Translations under genes and position numbers: made by a program | Notes under the pieces: model-generated | What the model was told of the DNA's origin: nothing | The model's database searches: none | The model's input: only the letters and a program-made list of their open reading frames with translations | Shown: positions 27,045 through 39,767 of the stretch, one piece after another | How positions within the stretch are numbered: the stretch's first letter is position 1 | Layout: every line of letters begins with the position of its first letter | NCBI GenBank assembly: GCA_020891255.1 | Contig: BQFW01000013.1 | Location: 620,001-684,000 of the forward strand | DNA: 64,000 nucleotides | Direction of reading: 5' to 3' | From: Entomortierella parvispora E1425 | Taxonomy: Eukaryota; Fungi; Mortierellomycota

Positions 27045-27292
27045 GATATTCCTTTTTGCTTTTTGAGCCTGACACTCTGTCAGGTCTCTTCTTCTTTCGG
27101 TGTTCCTGATGTCTGAAATGAATCCTGAAGACCCCTTTTTTCCATTTGGGTGGGCTTTGGCTTTGGCTTTGGGTTAGGCAATAAACTCTTGAGAGCCAGA
27201 GACTATGATGAAAAGAAAGATATATTTACATTGATAGCACTAGTATGTGGAGATGGGTGTGAGGAGATGTGAGGAATGAAGAGGGAGACACT

Positions 27293-28997
27293 TTAAACGG
27301 CTCCACCGCTGTGGGAAACCATGGCAACCAATGCGGCACCGATGCATCCACCATCGCGAGCGAGCTCGAGACGGATACGAGAGGCGCGATCTTTGCCCAA
27401 GATCTCGGTCAAGGCCTCCATCATCTCGTGGGAGAAGTGGGGGTACTTCTCAAAGACGGATCCGTCAATACCGATGGTGGTGATCTCGTTGGCGTCATCC
27501 AAGTTGACAGAGGCGCCGTTGGCCTTGTGAAGGAGAGCAGCGCAAGCGGCAGCAGTCATGGTGGCAGAGCGCTTGCCGACGGCGTGAACCAACTCAAAGA
27601 CGCGACGACGGTCATCGGCAGTCAAGCCCTCAATACCGAAGCTGCTCTTGAAGACATGATCAACGGCGGTGTGCTCAGGGTTGTTCTCAGACTCAATGGT
27701 GGACATGAAGAGGGTCTTGAAGGCCAAGCGAGGCTTGAGGGACTCGGGGACCTTGCCGCCCAAGAACTCGAAAATGGCGTTGCGCTCGATCAAATCGACA
27801 AGAGAGAGACGGACCAACTCTCCCATGTAAAGACCAGAGACCATCTTCTCGAACTCCTGGAAACCTGGAACCAAAGAGACAGCGTCGATCTCCTTGTCGT
27901 ACTTGGTCTGGGGCAAGTAAGAGGCCTTGCCCATGGCATCCCACTCGGTGTTAAGAATCATCTGATCGCAAGCGGGGCCGTTGTACTTGGAAACATCGGC
28001 AGCGCGCTCAATGTAGGCAGCGTTGGTACCGGTGGCAAGAATGACTCCGATCTTGGTCGAGGGAGAAACATAGGCGTGCGAGACCAAAGTTCCAACGGTG
28101 TCGTTGATGATGGCAGAGACAGAGACGGGCAAGTTCTTACGCGCGAATCCTCCCTCGAGCAAGTCCTTAAGATCCTTGCCCATGACGTCCGAGAGATCAA
28201 AGCCCTTACCCATGGCAAGAACGGTTCCACGGTTAATGGCGGTCTGGCTGTAGACGACGAGAGAAAAGATAGGGTGCGTTGTCGTTAGTTGCTTATTCTG
28301 AGTGGAACCCCCACTCCCTCATTTCGAACGGGTCCGGTTTCCGCTCGAAATCTATTTTTTTTCCTGTGTTTCCTGTTTCTTTTTTAGCCGTCCAGATTCT
28401 TGAAATAGAGGCTGATCGTGAACTGTCGGTTTTTGTTTACAGTCGACCCTTGCCCCATTGTCGTGTCGTGGGCAAAAAGGAAAAGGTCCAATTGGCAATC
28501 CCCACAGGCGCACAAACAAATTGAACACGAGACTACCAAAGACGACAAGGAAAGAAGGAAAAAAAAACTTACTGGAGAGCGAAGGAGAAGGTAACACCCA
28601 TCTGAAGGTCAGCGGTGGTGCCCAAATCCAAGGCAACGCTCTTCAAGAGCTGGGCAGTGCAGTCAGCGATCCAATCGAACATGGCCTCGCCAGTTCCAGT
28701 CTTAAGGTCATGGGTGATCTCGTGCTTCTCCATGGTGACGCCAACCTGGCCATCGCCCAAGAGGTGAACGGCGGCGGTACGAAGGTTAGTGCCACCCATG
28801 TCGATGGCCAAGTAGAGACCAGTCTCCTGACCGGTAGGAAGGCGAGTGATATAGGAAGGCTGCTGGGTAATGTTCTTGGGGTCCTTGGTGGAGAGACCCT
28901 CGACGAGCTCCTCGGTCAAACCATCGATGATCTTCTGGACTTGATCCTTGGAGAGGACGAACTCGTTAACGGTATCTTGGAAAGTGGAGGAGGTCAT
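27293..28997 (-). CDS. Hexokinase-family sugar kinase, probably of the GlcNAc-kinase type; 2 exons
   Basis: LAIDMGGTNLR, TFSF..QT..RG..LAMGKGF, INDTVGTL, ATGTNAAY, NTEW, FEKMVSGLYMGELVR, IGIDGSVFEKYP and DGGCIGAAL. Confidence 0.9.
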
Positions 28998-31653
28998 TGT
29001 GATATTAAGGAAGTGTATGGGTGAAGGGAGGGATGGGTGAAGGGATGATGAGATGAGGCGGAGGGAGGAATGAGGGATGAAAAGAAAAAGATGGGGAAGG
29101 GATGAGGAGTGAAGTGGATGAGGGAAAGAAAAGAAAGGCGGAAAAAAACTGAGTTGGTTTTTAAAGAGAAATTCACCATTCTTTTCTTTATTGATTGTTC
29201 GTTTTTGAATTGAATGGGGGGTCTTCTCCCCTGCTACATCTTTATCTCCCTGTCGATCTCTGCAATCAGTGCAGCCGCCTCTGCACGGTTCTGTCTGCAC
29301 ACAATGTACTTCTCCCCACAATTGGTGCTAACCTGTGGGAGAACAGACACATCTTCATACTTTTCTTTTGTTCTTTTCATAACCAGAAGTGCAGGTGGAA
29401 CATGCCGGCGTTGACTTCTTTCCACTGACCTGTGTTTTGACCTGCCACGGAAAGCGAGATCACCCCTTTGGGGTCGAGCTGGCATTGAATTCTCAACCAG
29501 AGCTCAGAGGGCGCTTTAAACGGGTGGCCGTGGACAGAACGGTCGGAGAACACACGATCAAAACGAAAAAAGGGCACTCCCGAGCTGTGAAATCTCGTCT
29601 TTCAGCCATAGTTGAGTTTCGACCCCGCAACATTGCCCATGGGGCAAGATGATGTGCAGACACACGGAGCGAAATATGAAAAGCCCATGCAGGATGCGTG
29701 GAGGTACGGAAGAATGAAGCCCCTCGAGAGGTTGTTATCTATAGTTTATACTTCTAGACCTTTGGCCTCAGTAGTTCTTGGGACAGGAACCAAAGCCCAT
29801 CACGATGCAGCTTGCCAGTCCCACCTATTGAGGGGAGATTGAAAGAGGTGGTCAAGACCATTCGCTACACCACACTCTGCGGCTACGACTGCTACTGGTC
29901 GCTGCCACCGCCTAGGGCCAGTCGGGTAGTTAGTTGTCGCAGGCTGGCACCTACTGCAGTCTCGGTCGGCCGTCTGCACCATTCGGAAGGCACAAGCGTT
30001 TCAAAGACCAGGGTTCTTCCCAGCGTCCATTTGTCGTCTTTCATGTCACTCTGCTCCAGGAGGTTCTTCCCCAGACTTCGGGTTCTTGTCTCAATTCTTT
30101 ATGGGCAAAAGTTGTGGTAGACCAAAGATGGAAGCTCGTGTCTCAGGCTGAGGGGCCAGGTGTGATCATTCTTCCAGTGAACATGCACGCACGCATGCCT
30201 GTCTTGGCTGTGTTTATCATCTCTATCATCTATCGGATTGCATGCGCACACAGGAAGGCCTTCACTGTTGCCTGTTCTCGATTAGCAAGATGAGAATAGA
30301 GCAAGGCAGAGCAGACATCGACAAAACAAAAACAAAACAAGAGCAAAGAGACAAAGACTGAGACAGAGACGAAAGAGAGCGAGAGGGTGAGTGAGACAAG
30401 GTTCAAACCTTGTCCTGTGCCTGATCATCTCGGTTGCATCTTATCAGAACCTTGATCCTCCCTCACAGGGCCCTCAGCCTGCTCCGCTCTTCGTCCGTCT
30501 CACTCGTCGCCTTTCTCTGTTTGTCTTTTCCGATCAAGGTTTACATCACACTCTCTCTCGCTCCTTGTCAATTTGCCCAGCAGGTCGATTGATGGACTTG
30601 TTTGTCTGACTGACTACAACTCCACTTGCCGTTTTGTCTCCTCGTCTGTAGAAAAGTCGTCTCGTCTCAATATGGCACAGACACACACACACTACACACA
30701 AACCTCTCTTTGTTCACAAAATGTCTTCCACTTTTTTTTTTATTGGTATTTTTTTCCTTTGGCCATGGTCATCAGGCCGTTGCCCTTGCCCATCCGCCCC
30801 CAACCAAAAGAACATTTGGAAGGCAATAAAAAAACACCAAGAAAGAAGATCCTGAAGAAGAGTATCTGTTTATTTGCACGTTCCACAGAGCCAGGTCAGG
30901 GTTGTACAAGATCTTGTCGATAAAAAAATTAATGTTTTGGCACTTTTGGGGCCCTAAACTTGTCGTTCTTTCATTGCCGACCCAAGGGATAACGAGATGA
31001 GAGCGGCCAAGAGTGAACAAACGAGCTGGAGGAGCTCACAAAAAAACACAAATCCAACCCCACACTTTATGACTTTTTTTTTTTGTTTTCGTCCCAAAGA
31101 TTCAGCGCAAACCTTGGCTGTTCAAGCGATTCACTCTATTGGACCTTACTCCACAACCCCACAATCATTTTAGAGCGGGATCGGACTCGTTAGAGTCTGT
31201 TTTCATCTCCAGTTGACGGCGAGGGATCTCTCTTTGTGTTCCGTACTAGGATGCACGTAGATTCATTTCCGCTGATAAGATAACTCCAGCCTGTCCCTGT
31301 TTTCCGTCGATCAATAGTTGCTAGCGCACCATCCACCTCTCCTGATCACAGCTCGCAACAGTCATCGTGGGGAGACTTGTTATCCGCAATCTTTTTTTTT
31401 TTTGTAATTTCTTTAATAGTCGTGCTTCATGATATGAGGGTTTCGAGAGAAATGGGATGGGGACCGGGTGTCATGATGTCGAGGTGTTTGACAAAAGAAA
31501 AATAGGAGTGTGAGGTATATGGGGATATGAGTAGGAGGTATGAGCTAAACAATGAGTCGTGAGGGGGTCCAAAAAAAAAACGACAAAAGAAAAAAAAACC
31601 TTTGGATCTTCTAGTTTTCGTCCTTCCGTCCTTCTGTTCTTACTATTTTTCTT

Positions 31654-34600
31654 CTACAAATCCATCACCTCCTCTCCAGCAACAAAAACTCGTTTTACGA
31701 ACAGATCCTCGGACAAGAAGACGAGATCTGCATCCGCTCCTGGTTGGATCACACCCTTGGAGTTCTGGATGCCCAACATCACTGCTGGGTGAAGTGTCAC
31801 TGCCTCCAGGGCCTCGATCACCGAACAGGAAGTGAATTCAATAAAGTTGCGGATGCAGGCATCCATTGTGATCACACTGGAGGAAGCGCAGCACAGGTCG
31901 CCGGCTTCACTTCGCTGGGTTCTGACAGAGGGACTGGAGGACGAGGAGGCCTCCTTAGGACTCTTTTGACTGCCGCGATCGCTTCCAATCACATGTTGGA
32001 CGTGATGTTTGCACCTGCAGTCTGTCATCTCAACGTCTTGCTGAAGGCTGTGGTCATTGTTGGAAGAGGCAGTAGCGGCGATCATAGTGGAGGCGACATC
32101 TGCGGCGGAAATAGTGGCCGGCACTAGAAAAGACTCTCCGGGTGACGACAGGAAGGCCGTTGCAGATCTATCGTACAAGGACAGGGATCCGCCATCGAGA
32201 AGGTCATCGTCAGAGTCCGTAATATGTAAGGTAATGATTCGTAGACTATGCCTCGACCCCTCGAATTCCTCGTACTCCGTGAAAGCGTCGTGTTCATCGT
32301 ACTCTTGCGAGTGCGCATAGACCGTCTTGATAACCCAGGGAACATCATGGGACTCGAAGGACGAGGATTGCAACATCTGAGGAGGAAGCAATTGTTTCTG
32401 AACCTCTGCTGCTACAATCGAGGCATCCACACCCTCAAAGGAGGGGGAGGTCACTGTCATCTTGAGAGGTGACAGCGGTGTGGAGCCTGGTGGAGTGGGC
32501 AGAGATCCTTTGTTCTGCTCGATACCCGAGGTTGGGCGAGACTTTTTATCGAGATCGATTCGCAATCCGTTGGCCTTGTTGAAAGTGGACGAGATCTCAG
32601 GACCAGCTTCTAATGATGCTTCAGCCAACGGAGTGCTGTGGGCAGAAAAATAGAATGATAATAGAGCAACAAAGAGAAGGGGATAACCAAATATTGTTCA
32701 TGTTAAACACAACCTCAACAAATCACCTTGGATTAGAATAACGGCAAAAGACTTTCAGATCATCAAGCATGACAAAAGAAAAAAGCAAAATCGTCATACT
32801 TGATGGCGTTCAGTTGGACATCCTCGTCTTCTTGCTCCAGTCCCAAGGGGGACATTGCAGTGCAAAGGATCACTCCCTCAGGATGGGAGTCGTAGGCAAT
32901 CTTGACCGAGTTGGGGTGAACATGCATTCCATCACAGATCAGGCCGTAGTAGGGACGAGGTAGGTCCATGCGAGAGCCCAAGAGTCCAATCACCCCGGGG
33001 TCGCGGTGATGAAACTGGGGCATGGCATTGAACAGATGCGCAATGAACGTTGCGCCATTCGTCACTGCCTTCTCGGCCTGGGAAATATTGGCCGTCGAGT
33101 GACCTGCGACAGCGTGGGCAAAATGCCAAAAAAAAAAAAACGCCCCCCCCTCCCGGGTTAGATACGCAAGCATTCCTCTTGAGCTGCGCAATCATTCGAA
33201 GGAACATCCTCATCCGAGGAGGTGGAGCTGTTTACTTTACCAATTGAGACGGTGATGCCCGCTTTGACCAAGTTAGGGATGCAGTCAGCAACGCCTTCCA
33301 ATTCCGGAGCGCAGGTGAAGAGTTTGATGGACTCAATCTCACTCGATGAGTCTTCATCAAGCCCATAGACATCCTTGATATCTGCAAGACCATTCTTTGC
33401 CGAGGTTCGAAGGGCATCGAGGGAATGGGAGCCTGCGCGAGATTCGTTGATGAACGGTCCCTCGACATGAGCACCAAGGATCGAGGCGCCGGCAAGAGCC
33501 GAGCCAGACCTTGGCTTCAAGTGGGGGAGGATCTGATAGTGTGTCACCAGAGTGGTAGGAGAAGAAGGAAAGGAAGTGGATCACGATCAGTCAAGAGCTT
33601 TGTTGATGTTGACATCAATGTTGTTGTTGAGGGAAGGATGATGGGAATGGGCATGCTTTGTTTTGACTGTTTGTTTTTTCTGGACTGGTGTGTGTGACAG
33701 GAGTCGATGATGGGACCCAGATGGTTCGATGCATAGAACAATGGTACAAAGTAGATAATGGACGGGAAACCCCCCCCCCCCAAAACACTTTGTCCCGTTC
33801 TTTACCTTGTTGTAATCAGATGCAGTCGAGGAGACAACTGTGGGGCAGTAAGAAGTCGTGCCGTACTTTACGAGGCCACGGCTAACTTTGGACAGTCCCT
33901 GCTCATACGTCTCGGGGTCGGAAGCAATTGAAAAGTCGAATCCAAAGGCACCTATTGGAGAGAAGAATAGAACAGCCGAGGAGAACAAAGAAACAACGTG
34001 CGAGTGAGCGGTGGGGGCAAGGGAGGTGCAGTAGAGTGAATCGAGAGCGAGATCAAAAAAGAGAGAGAGGCAGGACTGAATGAAAATCATTGTGATCAAC
34101 AATAGAGGATGTCGTCAATTCGCCCAAACCCACTGTGAGAAAACATTGTTGTGGGTTATGAAAGGCGATCGTTTGAATAGGGGGTCTGTAAGACCTGCCA
34201 CGCAACAAAACAACAAATGCACCTCGCAAACAAACAAGAGCACTTGTGGTGCGCCATGCATCCCAATCTTGATAAACCAAGATTATGTCCGTCTGAACAC
34301 AACGACTGAGCAGCACGGGAGGTGAAGGATGAAATACAAAAGAGGGATAGAATAATGAGAGGGGAGAGGTCCGGTGGCGGAGGAGCATGGCGTAACAGGG
34401 GATGGGTGGTGAGGGTGGGGAGAAACAGAGAGAGGAAAGGAAGGGTGGAGAGGGTGGAGGAGATCGCCCGTTCACCTTGCGTCTGGGTGATTGAATAGGT
34501 TCAGGTGGGCGACAATTCCTTGTTTGTGTGTTCCTGCGTCTTTTTTGTTTTTCCACTTTCTGTACCATTGATTTGAACCTCGATAAATCCAGGCACAACC

Positions 34601-34842
34601 AGGAGGCCTCCGGCGTCGAGCACCAAGTCTGGAAGTCTCTTTTGGTACCAAAAGAACTTGTGAGGGTCAATAATCTTGTCTCCTTGGATCCAGATGGCGT
34701 CATGTTCTACAATCTGATGGTCGCGCAGGATCTTGCAATTGGTGATCTTGGTCACCTTTGCTTCATTCTCCAAGGATGCAGGCTGAGGTGAGGCAGGCGC
34801 AGTCGAGAAGTTGTGGGTCTGAAGGGCAACAGGGTACTGCAT
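31654..34842 (-). CDS. N-acetylglucosamine-6-phosphate deacetylase (NagA/DAC1/AMDHD2) homolog lacking the catalytic Asp, with a roughly 270-aa low-complexity insert; 5 exons
   Basis: PGFIEVQING|AFG, GTTSYCPT, GAHVEGPF, FTCAPE, VSIG|HS, AHLFNAM..FHHRDPG, GLICDGMHVHP and TMDACIRNF..HPA.MLG..KG.I.PGADADLV. Exons join in frame at GT-AG sites. Confidence 0.88.
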
Positions 34843-37117
34843 TGTTACGCGATGGGGAAGCTGAACAGTCTGTGGACGTAACTAACGGAGGAGACACGAG
34901 TGGGGGAGAGTGCAAGCAGAGTAGCAAACGGTCAAGGACCGTGGTGACAAAAGGTGGGTTCGAATTGATGAGGAGTGTGTGAATGTGTGAAAGCAGAGGA
35001 GACTGTGACGAGAAACGTGAGAACGAAAGTGAAGAGAGAGAGAGAGAGAGACAAAGGGAGCGGGAAAAAGGGAGCGGGTGGGAGTGAAGGAGGAGTTGCC
35101 AACTATCAAAGCGACCGAGGAGCAAGGTGGCAGAGGGACTCGAGAGACCGAGGCAATGGAAGGTGGCAGGTAGGGAGTGTGGCAACTAAGGGGGACGGGC
35201 GGGTGCAAGGAGAAGAAGAGGAAAAAAAACGAGAACTTCAAAACGCACAATAAAGCATCTCCACTCAATTTCACGCCAAGGACCTGAGGTGCACATGCAT
35301 GCAACACCCGCCCGCCTCCACTCTCCCCCACATCGACTCCATTGTTGTGGATGGTGACAACGTCGTCGACAGAAACTATACCTCTTCACCGCAGCCAGTG
35401 AACGCGAGCCAACAGCCAGGTTACCAAACACCTGGTGCAGTTGGGAGCACCAAGTCCGTCTCAATCCATGGTTTTACTTTAGTGATATAAAAGATCAGAA
35501 AGCAGAAAGCAGCATCGTCATTAACAAGGGGAGCCACAACATAACCATCAATGCATTGTTGTTCTTGTATGTGCTCTTTGTATGCCGTTGTTCATGGGTT
35601 CGTCCAAACATTCACGTTCCATTGAGCACACTCTCCATCCTCATCTAGCGCCGATGATAGAGTACGCGAATATCGCATTATCATTTATCGACCATCGTAT
35701 CCAGTTGCCTATTCTTAGACACCATCAAGGGTCGATCTACATGTAACATATCTCTATTGTATCCGCCTCCGTCTCCTTCCACTTTTCTCAACATTTGCGA
35801 CAAGATCGTGAGAAATTTGTCCATATCAGATCATCCATCCTCTCTCCTTTATTTCCTTCCCGAAGGTGGCCTGTTTAGTGCTCCCGCCTTTGATTTACCT
35901 CTCTGTCCTGTGCACAAAGGGTCGACCAAAAAATATGTTCTCATTAGCCTGTCTACCTACCCATGTTTTTTTTGCTAACCTGGTTGGCTGCATTGATGAT
36001 CGAGATAAGAGATTGTGCATCCATCGTGTAGAGGAAGCCGATGTCTGTGTAATTCATCATCAGCAGTAAGAGCCAAGCCTACTCTTCTTTTTCTCCCTTC
36101 ACCTCCAGCCACCGCCTGTAACTGCAATTGAAGATGGTGGCCCGTGAAGCAGGGGCTGTGACCTACATACGCTATTCTTCAGCAGATCGGCAGAAGCTGT
36201 TCATTGAGTCCAGCAAGCAGTCAATGATTCCTCAAAACAATTACAACCCCACGCCTCTTTTTCATAGCCGATCAATGATGGATGGATTATCGAGGAGGGT
36301 AGCGCAACTGTAATGATCCCATGAGAGTGTTGGTGGCACAGATGTAAGTATTGCCCAATCGTGCCGAACCGCCCCCCTTCCCCTGTTTGTGCTTCTCCAT
36401 CGTTTAAACGGCAAAGAGGAGTTGGCGAGTTGGACAAAGGTCGTCGGATCCCCGGGCAGGCGAATGTGTTGGTGGCCAGAAAACAAGTATGAAAGCAAAA
36501 ATAAGGGTCCAGTGGGCAGGCTCTTGCCCTGTTAGTCCGTCGTCCTCTCACCCCTGCTACCCCATTGCACACTGCAGAGTACAGACATTGTGCCCAAGGA
36601 GGAACAGGAATCTAATTCTCCTTTGCGTTTGAACACAATCACCAGAAATCTCATTTTCTTTCTTTTTGTTGGGAGAAGAAGGGAAGGGAGTGTGGGGGTA
36701 CAGGTACAAATGGTCCAGGCAACAAAAAAAGAAACATATTCCCCTTCTCATGCAGGATACATGCGAGCTGTTGTTGTTGTGGTCTCTTTTTGTTTCGAGC
36801 ATGGGTAAATACCTCAAACGTGGTTCATAGAAAAGGACTTTTTTCTCCTTGAACCGACACAAGAGCAGAACGAGTCCTTCAATTAGATCTATCCTTCCTC
36901 ACCCACTCAGAGCCGATGTCGTGCAAAAAAAAAAAAAAAAAAAAAATGCACTTTCTGGACACGCGACGCAGTCCTGAGAAGAAAATTTTATTTTTGGCTG
37001 CAACGGTTGCATTCCAGTGCCCCCCTTTGCGCTCTTGGGCGAAGTTGAGATGCTGTTTTTGGTTTTGAAGGGTAAGGGTCTTTTTATTTGTTTTTTTTAT
37101 TTGTTTCTGTTTTGGGT

Positions 37118-38425
37118 CTATGAAGCTGATGTTTGGTCTTCTTCATCCTCTGTATGAACATTCAGGCGCACCTGCTGTTTGCTCGCCTCTGTGGCCAAGG
37201 CTGCAGCCATGATTGACCGTGGCCGTGGCTTTAGAGCTACAGCAGATATGGCCGAGATATCAAGCGGGGCGGATTGGATCATCATGGCAGTCCCCGTCGA
37301 TGACTTTGGATGCAATCCTGGCACCTGAATGCGAGCAGAGTTGCGCCTTGAGCTTGTACAGCTTGAGCTAGTGCTGGAAGGGAGCTTCATCGCCCCTGGA
37401 GGAGTGTAGTACTGCTGACGGTTGAAGTTGTACTGATGGATCAGGTGCGCTGAGGACCTTGTTGGCTTTTGTTTCAACCATTCTTTGGCCTCTGGAGACG
37501 TGCCCATCAAGCGGTTTTCCGTGGAGTTGCTCTGGTGCTGTGGCTGCCGATTGCCTTGAGGACTGCTATAACGTTGGTGGTGATCGGTCATGTCCAGATA
37601 CGCTCCCGGTGAGGTCCCCGGGCTGTACATGTTCTGCTGGCTGTCTGAAGCAGTGAACCGTTGCAGATGTGGTTCATGAATAGACAAGACGGGTATTGGG
37701 ACTGCTGTCGTTGGGGAATAATCCACTACTGGCGAGCCTGCGGAGGAGGTGCGGAGGCTGTAGCCGTCAATAGGGGACGACGTAAAGTCGTTGTTGGTAG
37801 CAATTAGGATGGTGGTGGGCGAAGTTGCTGCAACGGCCCAAGGAGATATTGGCTGGTCCATTGGTATTGATGAAGCGGGGCTAGACACGTCCTCTGATGA
37901 AGATCTTGCGTAAAAGTCCGCTTGCGATGAACGTGGTGAAGACTCGTCTAACTTTGGTTGCAGTTGAAAACCATACCGCAGATATTGTTGCTGCAGTTGC
38001 GCAGGGTCATCTCCTGAGGCATTCGCAGCTCGAAGGGTCCAAGGGCTCCGAGAGGCGATCGGCGACGATCTGGAGGACGGGTGTTGAGCCGAGATAGAGC
38101 CTTGAGGGCTATCAAAGGACATGTCCCCGGAGATGAATTCCTGATCAACTCGATCTGAGGTTGTGCTACTCCCTGAGCCATCTGAACGACGCTTCTGCTG
38201 AAGTTCTTGATGTTGCTGAAGTTCTTGCTGTTGCTGTATCTCTTGCTGTTGCTGTATTTCTTGCTGTTGCTGTATTTCTTGCTGCTGCTGTATTTCTTGC
38301 TGTTGTTGTTTCTGCCGTTGCTGTCGCTTTTGTTTTCGATCGCTCAAGGACCCGATATTCCTTTTTGACTTTTTAGTTTGACTGTCGCCGACTCTGTCAG
38401 GGTCTGCGCTAGAGACATTGCCCAT
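37118..38425 (-). CDS. Orphan Ser/Gln-rich disordered protein with a possible N-myristoylation start (MGNVSS)
   Basis: 436-codon intronless ORF from the ATG at 38425, with QQQQEI repeats. No recognisable domain. Confidence 0.65.
   Translation of the reverse strand: MGNVSSADPDRVGDSQTKKSKRNIGSLSDRKQKRQQRQKQQQQEIQQQQEIQQQQEIQQQQEIQQQQELQQHQELQQKRRSDGSGSSTTSDRVDQEFISGDMSFDSPQGSISAQHPSSRSSPIASRSPWTLRAANASGDDPAQLQQQYLRYGFQLQPKLDESSPRSSQADFYARSSSEDVSSPASSIPMDQPISPWAVAATSPTTILIATNNDFTSSPIDGYSLRTSSAGSPVVDYSPTTAVPIPVLSIHEPHLQRFTASDSQQNMYSPGTSPGAYLDMTDHHQRYSSPQGNRQPQHQSNSTENRLMGTSPEAKEWLKQKPTRSSAHLIHQYNFNRQQYYTPPGAMKLPSSTSSSCTSSRRNSARIQVPGLHPKSSTGTAMMIQSAPLDISAISAVALKPRPRSIMAAALATEASKQQVRLNVHTEDEEDQTSAS
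38190..38320 (-). repeat. 18-nt coding repeat encoding QQQQE(I/L) x about 6
   Basis: Repeated tgttgctgtatttcttgc units on the + strand. Confidence 0.9.
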
Positions 38426-39767
38426 GGTGGTAAGGAGTAGTAAGGATGGAATGGAAAAAAGGGAAAAGAGAATGCAATGATGAATGGAGCCGAATTGGGG
38501 GGTCTGGGGTAAAGAAAAAAAAAAAAAAAAAGTGAGACGAAGAGAGGGGAGAGGAGGAAAAGACGTCAAATTGGTGGATGGACCGGAACTGGTTGCAACG
38601 GTGAGTGGGAGACAACGCCTTGGCCTTCCTTTTTGTTGTTGTTGTGTTGTTGCTGCTGTTGCTGTTGCTCTTTTACTGTTTTTTTTTGTATCGGTGGGTT
38701 GGGACAGATGCAGGGTTAGGGAGAAAAAGAAAGGGGGAGTAAAGACCTAGTGCTGACGACGACAATGACGATACGAAAATGAATGAATAAATGTATGAAG
38801 GCGAAATGAATTATGGAATGACAGGAAGGGGGGGCCTTGTCGATATTGCTGCTGTTGTTGATGCTGCTGTCAGCACTGGGGACGAGAGAGAGATCGAGAA
38901 TGAGAGGACAGAGAGAGAAATAAAAAAAAAAAAAAAAAAAGCAATGAGCGCTGGATGGACATGTCTCTGAGTGCACCGACTTTAGCTCCAGCACGAGCGA
39001 GTGCAGGGGTGCATGTGGGGTCGTTTCGGATCTCGCTTCCCCTCCCTCGGGGCTCCACTTGTGCGACAGCCTCCATCCATGCCAATGGACGGATCCGGGC
39101 GGTGTCTATCCGGAGAGATGGAGCCGTTGGCCACTTGCAGGCTCTCCCCTGTGGTCGTGCGTACCCGAGGGGTGATGGTCCGAGTGACCAGAGAACGACC
39201 CGGCGGCCAGCCCGCCACGCGAGGGTTTACCCGCCAAAATGCCAAGAAAGGCGGTCTAGAAAATAGTGGAGATCGGCGGGTCTGAATGACCCGCAGCCAC
39301 TGGCAGAAGGCGCCACCAACTGGGTGGATCCGTCAGCAGACGACGGCAGCAAAGACTAGACGACGGAGGACGCGTTCTCTTTCTTTTCCTCAGAAATCAC
39401 CTCCTTGCTATGTCTCCGTGGTCCCCTTGGCTCCCCATGGCCCTGAGCCATGGGCACAGGAAGAGGGAATGCAATTCACCTCACCTCATTCCATTCCGCC
39501 TCCTACTCACTGTCACTGCCCAGTCAGTGCAAGCACCGCACCTTCCCTTGCACGCAATCCTGGAACAAACAAATAAAAAATAGCCTCTTTGAAACCGCAC
39601 CGCCTCGTCTTGTTGTCTGTGTTTCTGCCGTCTCTTCTGTCCTTCCACTTGTTCCCAGCACCATCCGTTTGTTTGTCTGCCTGTTGCATTCCCTTGTCCC
39701 CTTCACCAGACAGGTGTCTCTCTGCGTCTGAGGTCAAAGCTCAACGCGCGCTTTTTTTTTCATACCC

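Noticed and set aside
27269-28288. 339-aa + strand ORF
   Set aside because: Antisense shadow of hexokinase exon 2.
36200-36600. Short minus-strand ORFs in the long intergenic region
   Set aside because: No motif, codon bias or homology support visible.
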